From: Candidatus Saccharimonadota bacterium
Lineage (GTDB): Bacteria; Patescibacteriota; Gracilibacteria; UBA4473
Reading direction: 5' to 3'
Assembly (NCBI GenBank): GCA_020632335.1
Contig: JACKFV010000001.1
Coordinates: 360,001 to 392,000 of the forward strand
DNA length: 32,000 bases
Shown here: positions 25,556 to 32,000 of the stretch, one piece after another
Layout of the letters: each line of letters starts with the position of its first letter
Numbering within the stretch: position 1 is the first letter of the stretch
Program-made: the position numbers and the translations under genes
Notes under the pieces: model-generated
The model's database searches: none
Seen by the model: only the letters and a program-made list of their open reading frames with translations
Told to the model about the DNA's origin: nothing

Positions 25556-26167
25556 CTAGAGCCCCAGGACGGCGCACACGGCCGCATCAACCGCGTCTAT
25601 AGAGGGGCGGGCGTCTATGGTGATGAGTCGGCCCTCGCGCTCATAGGCTTCTATTACGGGGTAGGTCTTCTCGTGGTAGCTCCTCAGGCGCTGTGCTATG
25701 GCCTCACGGGTCTTGTCATCCTCCCGTACACGCTCTCCTGCAGCAGCTGCCTGAGCGGCTCGCCCCAGTATACGAGCGAGAGAAATCTCCTCCGGGAGGT
25801 CAAAGAAGAGCACGCGGAAGTCGCGCCCTCGCTCGGCCATCACGCGGTCAAAGAGCTCTTTCTGCCCCAGAGTGCGCTGTACACCGTCGAAGATCACCCG
25901 CGTCTCTGGGGTAATGCCCGCCATGTAGGAGGTGAAAACGTCGGCTATTTGCGCATCGGAGACCAGATTCCCCGCGTCCATTATCTCCTGAAGCTGCGCC
26001 CCCAGCGCCGAGCCAGAGGCGATCTCGGCCCGCAGCATAGCGCCCATTTCACAGTAGGCCGCGCCGGTGATGTCTTGCAACAGCCGCGCCTGCGTGCCCT
26101 TGCCAGACCCCTGCGGCCCCAGAATGACCACGTCATAGGGGAGGAGTTTTGGAGTATTGGAGTTCAT
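25556..26167 (-). CDS. adk: Adenylate kinase (short, lid without Zn motif)
   Basis: P-loop VVILGPQGSGKGTQA, GNLVSD and IFDGVQRT. The start is taken at ATG 26167 (MNSNTPK..). The longer ORF to 26305 would run through the divergent promoter region. An in-frame GTG at 26197, 7 nt after the -10, is an alternative. Confidence 0.9.
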   Translation of the reverse strand: MNSNTPKLLPYDVVILGPQGSGKGTQARLLQDITGAAYCEMGAMLRAEIASGSALGAQLQEIMDAGNLVSDAQIADVFTSYMAGITPETRVIFDGVQRTLGQKELFDRVMAERGRDFRVLFFDLPEEISLARILGRAAQAAAAGERVREDDKTREAIAQRLRSYHEKTYPVIEAYEREGRLITIDARPSIDAVDAAVCAVLGL

Positions 26168-26204
26168 GAGAAAGGGAGAAAAAACGCAGAGAATCACAGC
26201 GGGG

Positions 26205-26233
26205 AGTCTACTCAGAACGGCGAATGCGGTCAA
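26205..26233 (-). promoter_or_regulatory. Candidate promoter of adk / SemiSWEET-like / map operon
   Basis: Minus strand reads TTGACC(26233-26228)-17 nt-TAGACT(26210-26205). Confidence 0.55.
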
Positions 26234-26237
26234 CGCT

Positions 26238-26265
26238 TTACAGCAGGGAAGTAGCGCGCTAGGCT
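26238..26265 (+). promoter_or_regulatory. Candidate promoter of methyltransferase gene, near-leaderless
   Basis: TTACAG(26238-26243)-16 nt-TAGGCT(26260-26265)-7 nt-ATG(26273). It sits back-to-back with the adk promoter. Confidence 0.4.
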
Positions 26266-26272
26266 GCCGAGC

Positions 26273-27781
26273 ATGACCATACAGATTTGTCGGATAGAGA
26301 CCCATGCCTATGGCGGCCAGGGCATCGCCTATGTGGAGGGGAAAGCGCTCTTCCTCCCTAATGCGGTACCGGGACAGCTGGTGGAGTACCGCATTGTGAA
26401 ACGGAGAAAAAACTCTCTGGAGGGAAAACTCTTAAATGTTTTGGAGCCCAGTCCTCACGAAACCGAGACACCCCCCTACCAGTCCTTCGGCGGGGCGCCC
26501 TATGCCCGCGTACCGCTAGAGACGCAGCAACAGTGGAAGCGCGAGCAGATCTTCGGGCTCTTTCTCAGCTGTGCAAAACTGCACTTAGAGCAGTACTACA
26601 AAGGAATACTCTCTATGCAAAACCCCTGGGAGTATCGCAATAAAATGGAGTATAGTTTTGGCAAAAGTGAACTAATTGTGCATAACTTGTGTGATAATAC
26701 TGAAGAAAATGACCCTATTTTTGATAATGTTGAAAACTCTGAAGCCCCGTCATGTTCAAAACCCACTCAAAAGCATACAAAACCACAAAAATATACCACC
26801 ATTGTTGATAACTCTTTCTGTTTAGGGTTCAAAAAACGTGGCCGATGGGACATTGTGGAAAACCTAGAATCTCCTACGGGACTCTTTCAGAATGCTTTTG
26901 AGGAGCGACTCCCGGAGATACGGCGATTCCTCGAGTCTACCGGGCTACCGACGTTTAACCCTGTGACCCGCCAGGGATACTTCCGCACCCTCACCGTGCG
27001 CTATAGCTTTCTCGAGCGGCAGTACCTCATCGAGCTCTCTACTACCGGAGAGCACAGCTATGACGTTTCTCTTTTTGCAAATTACTTGCAAAAGCTATTT
27101 CCTCAGCAAATAGCTGGTGTACTCCATACGATAAAAGATAGCGAGCAGAACATACGGCAGACAGGCACGTCAAGTCTGGTATGGGGGAGGGATTCCATCA
27201 CGGAGGGGATAGCGGGCTTGACATTTCAGGTACAGATACAGAGTTTTGCACAGCCGAACCCCGCCATGGCAGACCGGCTTTACCGACTGGTAGCAGATCT
27301 GGTACAAAAATACGACACTAGTGCAGCGCTCATTGGGGACTACTACTGCGGTACTGGGACGATTGCACAGGTTCTTGCAAGCCAGTTGCAACATCGCCAG
27401 ATATTCGGTGTAGAGCTGGTGCCAGAGGCGGTGGAGGATGCGCAATGCAATGCGGCTATCAATGGCCTTCACAACGTGCGCTTCCACTGCGCGGACGTGC
27501 GGAAGTTTCTCTACCATCACCCGGAGTACCAGGGTCAAGTGGGGACGGTGGTGGTGGATCCGCCGCGCTCTGGTATGGCAAAAAAGGCTCTGCTACGGCT
27601 GCTGGAGCAGGGCCCGGCATGCTTGGTGTACATCAGCTGCAATGCCGCCACCATGGCACGTGACACGGCGACAGTGCTGGAGAGCGGCTTCCGGATGCGG
27701 GAGTTCTGGCTGGTGGATCAGTTCCCCCACACGGCGCATATGGAGTGCGTGGCGGTCTTCACGAGAGAAAAAGAGAAATAG
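26273..27781 (+). CDS. RumA/TrmA-family RNA (uracil-5)-methyltransferase with N-terminal TRAM domain
   Basis: TRAM-like GQGIAYVEGKALFLPNAVPGQLVEYRIV, then YRNKMEYSFG, the SAM motif DYYCGTGTIAQ, VVDPPRSGM and the catalytic-Cys motif YISCNAATMARD. It carries an AT-rich insert of about 50 aa (see findings). Confidence 0.85.
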   Translation: MTIQICRIETHAYGGQGIAYVEGKALFLPNAVPGQLVEYRIVKRRKNSLEGKLLNVLEPSPHETETPPYQSFGGAPYARVPLETQQQWKREQIFGLFLSCAKLHLEQYYKGILSMQNPWEYRNKMEYSFGKSELIVHNLCDNTEENDPIFDNVENSEAPSCSKPTQKHTKPQKYTTIVDNSFCLGFKKRGRWDIVENLESPTGLFQNAFEERLPEIRRFLESTGLPTFNPVTRQGYFRTLTVRYSFLERQYLIELSTTGEHSYDVSLFANYLQKLFPQQIAGVLHTIKDSEQNIRQTGTSSLVWGRDSITEGIAGLTFQVQIQSFAQPNPAMADRLYRLVADLVQKYDTSAALIGDYYCGTGTIAQVLASQLQHRQIFGVELVPEAVEDAQCNAAINGLHNVRFHCADVRKFLYHHPEYQGQVGTVVVDPPRSGMAKKALLRLLEQGPACLVYISCNAATMARDTATVLESGFRMREFWLVDQFPHTAHMECVAVFTREKEK

Positions 27782-27794
27782 TGTTCTTTCTCCA

Positions 27795-28580
27795 TTAATA
27801 AGGGGTGCCCAGCATAGAGCGGAAAAGGAGGCTCTGCAGTGGTAATTTTTTCGGGGTATGTGTCGGGAGGGTCACTATCGGGCTCTGGAGGATCTCTCCG
27901 CCAATGCAGGCATGGGCTTGTAGGCTGTTATGCCACACATAGGCAAGTGCCAGGAAGGAATCTCTGCCTGTATAGTTCTTGCCACCGGCAGCATGGAGGG
28001 CAAAGTAGTCCTGGAAGTAGCGTACGATCTCCTCGCGGTCGGTCGTCTCGGGCAGGTCTGGCGGAGCGAGGTGGTGCGCCCAGACAACATAACGCGGCTG
28101 GAGTAGCGCTAGATTCTTGGCTACGGAAGGGTCAATACCGTCACGCGGTACCTTGGGCGCGGGCATGAAGACGATGTCTACGGTGCCAATCTCTTGGAGT
28201 TGGGCAGCGCGGAGCGTGTGGGGCATATCCGACAGGTGCAGGCATCGGTAGCCGTCTACCGTGAAGTGGTAGCCAATGCAGGCGTCGCCGCTCCACTCGT
28301 AGAGGAGGGTGCCGCGGAGGTCTAGCCCGGGGAATACCGGCTCGAAGGGACGGGTGGCCTTGGCTTGTTCGAGGAGGCCGCGGGGGACGCCAGCGTGATC
28401 TGCATCGGGCTCAGAGACCAGCAGGAGGTTGGCCCCCAGGGGCCTGCCGTCTGCCAGATGCGTGGGGAAACGCACCCCGAGGGTGTAGTCCTGGCTGTCG
28501 TCATAGGGGTCGAGTAAGATGCTGTGGCCGGTAGCGGACTCTATATGGAAGCAGGAGAGGCCCAAGAAAGTGATCTTCAT
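27795..28580 (-). CDS. MBL-fold metal-dependent hydrolase-like protein
   Basis: MKITFLGLSCFHIESATGHSILLDPY is a typical MBL/UPF0173 N-terminus. The HxHxDH position reads SEPDADH, so it is partly degenerate. Confidence 0.7.
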   Translation of the reverse strand: MKITFLGLSCFHIESATGHSILLDPYDDSQDYTLGVRFPTHLADGRPLGANLLLVSEPDADHAGVPRGLLEQAKATRPFEPVFPGLDLRGTLLYEWSGDACIGYHFTVDGYRCLHLSDMPHTLRAAQLQEIGTVDIVFMPAPKVPRDGIDPSVAKNLALLQPRYVVWAHHLAPPDLPETTDREEIVRYFQDYFALHAAGGKNYTGRDSFLALAYVWHNSLQAHACIGGEILQSPIVTLPTHTPKKLPLQSLLFRSMLGTPY

Positions 28581-28603
28581 AGGGGCGTTCTAGAGAAATA
28601 TCT

Positions 28604-29638
28604 CTAAAGAGATGTAGTGTTTTGGAGGTAATAGTAAGACTCCAGCGCTGCCATGGCCCCCTGCCCAGCGGCCACAATCACCTGCTTGTGCTTCTGGATG
28701 GTGCAGTCCCCCGCGGCAAAGCACCCCTCCACCGAGGTGTGGGTGTCGCGGTCAGTGATGATCTGCCCGTGGTCGTCCAGCGCTACAAAGCTCTGGAGGA
28801 AGCCCGTACTGGGGCTCTGGCCGATCTGCTCAAAGACCCCCTCACAGCCGAGCTCTTGCCGTGGGCCGCCGTCTTCCCTCAGCGCTATGCCCCGCACGCG
28901 GTCGTGCTCGTCCAGCAGTATGGCCTCGGTGTGGGTCTTATAGCGCACGGTGAAGGTCTGCGTCCGCTCGAGGATCTGGTCGATGAGAACCTGGTCGCCG
29001 ATGAGGCGGTCGATATCCGTACAGAGGGTGATGGTACCCGTGAATTTCTCCAGCTGCAGCGCCGTCTCCAGCGCGCTATTGCCCCCGCCGATGACCACTA
29101 CGTGCTTGCCCCGGTACAGCGCGGCGTCCATGGTACCGCTGAAACTGAGGGTCTTGGTGCGTCTGGCGGCCTCCTCACCAGGGATGCCCAGGCTGCGCGG
29201 GTGCTTACCCACGGCCAGTATGAGCGTGCGGGAGCGGTACTGCTGCCCGCCCTCGGTGGTGAGGGAGAAGTGCCCGTCTACCTGCTGCACGCCCCCGGGG
29301 GTCACGCGGTCGCCCTCCGCAAGCCAGAGGTCAAAGGTGTCTTGCTGCTTCCAGAGCAGCTGCACATGGTCATAGAAGAGCTGGCTGAGCACCGGACCCG
29401 TGCTGTGGGTGGTGCCGGTCCAGTTCTGGATGTCTGCACTCATGCGCATCTGCCCGCCGATGTCACCCGTGATGAGCAGCGTCTGCAGCCCGCGCCGCGC
29501 CGCGTAGACCGTGGCCGTGATGCCCGCCGGGCCCGCGCCGATGATGATGACGTCCAGCAGCGGCGGAATGGGAGGCTTGGTACCCCCGGCTACGCGCTGC
29601 GCACTCCAGTCTCGTTGGTTGTGGTGATTCTGCTGCAT
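28604..29638 (-). CDS. Thioredoxin-reductase-fold FAD-dependent oxidoreductase lacking the CxxC redox centre
   Basis: FAD motif DVIIIGAGPAGITATVYAARRG, second Rossmann motif VVVIGGGNSALETALQL and FAAGDCT. The TrxR CATCDG position reads SGTMDA (29129-29140). The start is taken at ATG 29638 (third codon of the listed ORF) because TAGCAT lies 6 nt upstream. Confidence 0.8.
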   Translation of the reverse strand: MQQNHHNQRDWSAQRVAGGTKPPIPPLLDVIIIGAGPAGITATVYAARRGLQTLLITGDIGGQMRMSADIQNWTGTTHSTGPVLSQLFYDHVQLLWKQQDTFDLWLAEGDRVTPGGVQQVDGHFSLTTEGGQQYRSRTLILAVGKHPRSLGIPGEEAARRTKTLSFSGTMDAALYRGKHVVVIGGGNSALETALQLEKFTGTITLCTDIDRLIGDQVLIDQILERTQTFTVRYKTHTEAILLDEHDRVRGIALREDGGPRQELGCEGVFEQIGQSPSTGFLQSFVALDDHGQIITDRDTHTSVEGCFAAGDCTIQKHKQVIVAAGQGAMAALESYYYLQNTTSL

Positions 29639-29674
29639 ACTCATATGCTAGCGCAAAAGTGGCCCCACGCGCAA
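29639..29674 (-). promoter_or_regulatory. Candidate promoter of TrxR-like gene, leaderless type
   Basis: Minus strand reads TTGCGC(29674-29669)-18 nt-TAGCAT(29650-29645)-6 nt-ATG(29638). Confidence 0.45.
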
Positions 29675-29676
29675 CG

Positions 29677-29741
29677 AAAACCCGTAGCAGAAGCGTGATA
29701 ATATAACTGTGAAATAATTACTACGTTCTGCTACGGGTTTT
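29677..29741 (-). terminator. Large perfect inverted repeat (16-bp arms), probable terminator after the small ORF / dnaA unit
   Basis: AAAACCCGTAGCAGAA(29677-29692) / 33-nt AT-rich loop / TTCTGCTACGGGTTTT(29726-29741). It begins 3 nt after the stop at 29745. The stem ends in T4 on both strands. Confidence 0.5.
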
Positions 29742-29744
29742 ATT

Positions 29745-30083
29745 CTACCCTCCTATTCTTGGAGGTTTTCTCAGTTTTGGAAGATTTTTCAACTTTGGAG
29801 ATTCTCTCAGTTTTGGATGATCTTTCACCCCTGGAGCTCGCTCATTCTTAAAAGGATAAAGGGAAGAGTTGAACCCCGCCCAGAACATAAATGCAAAAGC
29901 AAGCACAATACCCCCCGTCCAGGAAGTACCCGGAAGATTAAGGAACTCCAGTGGCCAACAACCTCCAAAAAAACACATGGCCAAAAATACAATGCCGTAC
30001 AGTAACGGCAACACTAGAGCATTCCCTAGCACTAATTTTTGTTTTTCCCTCGATAAGGAGAGAAATAATTTTATTGTTTTCAT
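29745..30083 (-). CDS. Small AT-rich ORF: 2-TM membrane protein with C-terminal PKLxxx repeats (hypothetical)
   Basis: A 112-aa protein with hydrophobic helices LVLPLLYGIVFLAMCFFGG and GGIVLAFAFMFWAGF. The basic tail is HPKLRESPKLKNLPKLRKPP. Composition is very different from the flanking genes. No homology recognised. Confidence 0.45.
   Translation of the reverse strand: MKTIKLFLSLSREKQKLVLGNALVLPLLYGIVFLAMCFFGGCWPLEFLNLPGTSWTGGIVLAFAFMFWAGFNSSLYPFKNERAPGVKDHPKLRESPKLKNLPKLRKPPRIGG
29766..29819. repeat. 3 x 18-bp imperfect tandem repeat (codes PKL(R/K)xx units)
   Basis: TTTTCTCAGTTTTGGAAG / ATTTTTCAACTTTGGAGA / TTCTCTCAGTTTTGGATG. Units 1 and 3 match 16/18. Confidence 0.6.
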
Positions 30084-30281
30084 ACAATAATCTTTTTAAA
30101 GTTATAAAAATATAGATTTCTGTCACCCTGGCCACGGTATGACTCCTCAGAGTCTTATAAGAGCCTTATGACCACAATGACAGAAACCTGCTTCTGCTAC
30201 GAGGTATAAAAGACGTAGCATGCCTACCGGTGGGGTGGCGTGCCACGATCTCATACAACCATAAATTTTCTCTCTTGTCAA

Positions 30282-31745
30282 TTATTTCACTCCCAGGTCG
30301 GCCTTGATGGCGTGCAGGTGCCGCGCGGTGTGGGCGTCGCTCTCCAGCTGCTGGTGGATCTTCTTCACCCCGTGCATGATGGTGGTGTGGTTCTTCCCGC
30401 CGAAATCCTCCCCGATCTGCTCATAGCTCATCCGCAGCACGTCGCGGCACAACACCCAGCACAGCTGCCGCGCGAAGACCACCTGCTGCTTGCGGCTGGT
30501 GCCCAGGATGTCAGTAGCGGGGATGCCGAAGTAGTCCGCGATGAAGGTGATGATATCGTCGGTATTACGCGCGATGCCGCGTTTGGCTTCATCGGCCGTC
30601 TGTAGCGGTGCACTGGGGTTGAGCTTACGCAGTATGCGGCTGACCGACTGCAGCGTGGGCGGCGTGTGGGTCAGCTCTACCTCCGCGCGGATCTGGTTCA
30701 CCAGGTTCTCTACCTCTCGCAGCGTCTTGCGTACGTTGGCCGCGAGGAACTGCTCTATATCTGCCGGAAGGAGAAGATCGGCCGCTTGGGCTTTTTGCTG
30801 TACTATGGCAATACGGGTCTCGAAGCTCGGCAACTGGACATCTACCGTCAGCCCCCAGCCCATACGACTGCGCAGCCGGTCTGCGATGCCGGTGAGCTCT
30901 GACGGGGGCCGGTCTGCCGCAAAGATGATCTGCTTCTGCCCCTCGAAGAGGTCGTTAAAGGTATTAAAGAGCTCGTCTTGCGCGTGCTCCTTCCCGTCAA
31001 AAAACTGCACATCGTCGATGATGAGGACGTCTGTACGGCGGTACTTCTTACGGAATTCGTCGGTCTTGCGCTGGCGGATAGCCTTCACCAGCTCGTTGAG
31101 GAACCTCTCCGCGGTGGTATAGACCACCACCGCCTCTCCATCGCGCCGCAGCACCTCATTGGCCGTGCCCTGCAGCAGGTGGGTTTTGCCCAGCCCCACC
31201 CCGCCATAGATGAAGAGCGGGTTGTACTTCTTCTCCTTACCGGCGGCCTCGGCCACGGCCATGCAGGCGGCGTGCGCCAGGCGGTTCTCCTCCCCCACGA
31301 TGAAATTTCGGAGCGTCAGGTGACTGCTGAGCACCCGGCTCTCCACCCCTTCTTGCAGCCGCACGGTGGGCTCGTGGCGGATTTTCTTGGCGCTCAGTTG
31401 CTTCTCAAACAACGCTGGGTAGGCCACCGGAGCGTTGCTGAGCGAGAGATCGGTATCGAAGTAGACCTGGTCTACCTGTGGGCTCACGGCCTGGAGGTTA
31501 CTGAGAATGATGCCCCGGTACTTGCTACTGAGCCAGTTGCGGTGCATGTCGGTGGGGGCCAGCACCATGGCGCCGCCGCCCTCTATGCGCGCCAGCTGTA
31601 CCTTGGGGAACCAGGTGTGGAACTCCATACGGCTGAGCTTCTCACTCAGGCGCGCCAGCACGGCCTCCCATATCTGCTCTGTGGTCATGGTCAGCCCCTC
31701 CCCGATGTTCTTCCCCGTGGTGGCGGTGCTCGGTTCAGGACTCAT
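30282..31745 (-). CDS. dnaA: Chromosomal replication initiator protein DnaA
   Basis: N-terminus EQIWEAVLARLSEKLS..FHTWF, Walker A GGVGLGKTHLLQ, Walker B LIIDDVQFF, and the domain IV motif GGKNHTTIMHGVKKI. Confidence 0.95.
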   Translation of the reverse strand: MSPEPSTATTGKNIGEGLTMTTEQIWEAVLARLSEKLSRMEFHTWFPKVQLARIEGGGAMVLAPTDMHRNWLSSKYRGIILSNLQAVSPQVDQVYFDTDLSLSNAPVAYPALFEKQLSAKKIRHEPTVRLQEGVESRVLSSHLTLRNFIVGEENRLAHAACMAVAEAAGKEKKYNPLFIYGGVGLGKTHLLQGTANEVLRRDGEAVVVYTTAERFLNELVKAIRQRKTDEFRKKYRRTDVLIIDDVQFFDGKEHAQDELFNTFNDLFEGQKQIIFAADRPPSELTGIADRLRSRMGWGLTVDVQLPSFETRIAIVQQKAQAADLLLPADIEQFLAANVRKTLREVENLVNQIRAEVELTHTPPTLQSVSRILRKLNPSAPLQTADEAKRGIARNTDDIITFIADYFGIPATDILGTSRKQQVVFARQLCWVLCRDVLRMSYEQIGEDFGGKNHTTIMHGVKKIHQQLESDAHTARHLHAIKADLGVK

Positions 31746-31779
31746 AGCCCCACTATAGCAGGGTTATCCACACGCGCAA
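31746..31779 (-). promoter_or_regulatory. Candidate dnaA promoter, leaderless type, with DnaA box in the spacer
   Basis: Minus strand reads TTGCGC(31779-31774)-16 nt-TATAGT(31757-31752)-6 nt-ATG(31745). Confidence 0.55.
31764..31772 (+). promoter_or_regulatory. Consensus DnaA box TTATCCACA
   Basis: A perfect 9/9 match to the canonical DnaA box, located inside the -35/-10 spacer of the dnaA promoter. A weak second box is GTGTTCACA (31791-31799, 6/9). Confidence 0.7.
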
Positions 31780-31816
31780 GTATATATTTTGTGTTCACAC
31801 GGTACTTCTCCAGTAC

Positions 31817-32000
31817 TCACTCCATCTGCTGAGCACGCACAAGAATACGCTCGGAGAGGTCGGTATTACAGGTGAAGAGGAGGGCGTCTGTCTCCGGCGA
31901 GCTATCCCGCAGGGCCTCAGCGTCGCGCTGGGAGATAGCGGTTTTCTCGATGATCACATAGTGCCGCGGCTGCCCATCCACCGTGAGGGTGAGGGTGTCG
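31817..32000 (-). CDS. 3' end of a gene encoding a sortase-like C-terminal domain (5' part outside window)
   Basis: The open frame from the window edge translates to ..DTLTLTVDGQPRHYVIIEKTAISQRDAEALRDSSPETDALLFTCNTDLSERILVRAQQME*, with the stop at 31817-31819. It is colinear with the adhesin C-terminus GDTFQFDRGGEVIEYRITDVINVSGDDIDSLIAAAGDTDAILFTCTKDVRYRNILKAERIN*. Confidence 0.65.
   Translation of the reverse strand, partial: DTLTLTVDGQPRHYVIIEKTAISQRDAEALRDSSPETDALLFTCNTDLSERILVRAQQME

Noticed and set aside
28622-29698. 358-aa + strand ORF opposite the TrxR-like gene
   Set aside because: It is the mirror frame of a gene with clear FAD/NAD Rossmann motifs. The product is Arg/Leu/Gly/His-rich with no recognisable domain, so it is a high-GC artefact.
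29766-29819. 18-bp tandem repeats checked as a possible mini CRISPR or regulatory array
   Set aside because: There are only three contiguous imperfect units with no spacers. They lie in frame within the small ORF and encode PKLxxx repeats.
30084-30281. AT-rich structured region downstream of dnaA considered as oriC/DUE
   Set aside because: No TTATCCACA-like box with two or fewer mismatches on either strand; the best is ATGACCACA with three mismatches. It is kept only as part of the cassette finding.

Overview
This is a GC-rich bacterial chromosomal segment that ends at dnaA, with almost all genes on the minus strand. I cannot assign a taxon from the sequence.

**Housekeeping genes:** clpP, obg, a class-Ic-type nrdB, nrnA, map, adk, a RumA/TrmA-family methyltransferase, an MBL-fold hydrolase, a TrxR-fold flavoprotein without CxxC, dnaA and tRNA-Lys(UUU).

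**Envelope cluster:** a VanW-like protein, a FAS1-like lipoprotein, a GT2 glycosyltransferase and a FecR-like membrane protein.

**Cell-surface block (10.3-21.9 kb):**
- a 1706-aa SLH-anchored S-layer-type protein
- a Pro/Ala-rich SdrD-B-like protein
- an adhesin of about 1550 aa split by a frameshift, whose C-terminus carries three SLH repeats followed by a sortase-like His/Cys/Arg domain
- a second copy of that sortase-like module, ending the truncated gene at the right window edge just upstream of dnaA

**Mobile DNA:** a complete IS1-family element (69-798) abuts a truncated inverted copy (1-68). A 370-bp internally deleted MITE-like derivative (8591-8960) has an 8-bp target duplication.

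**Regulation:** at least nine genes have a TAnnnT -10 hexamer exactly 6 nt upstream of the ATG, and no Shine-Dalgarno sequences are visible. This points to leaderless or SD-independent expression and revises several start codons.

**AT-rich patches in the GC-rich background:** 799-998, the CYTH gene, an in-frame insert in the methyltransferase, and a palindrome-flanked small-ORF cassette where dnaN normally sits.

I did not recognise any rRNA, CRISPR array, reverse transcriptase or classical defence genes. The many long antisense ORFs look like high-GC artefacts.
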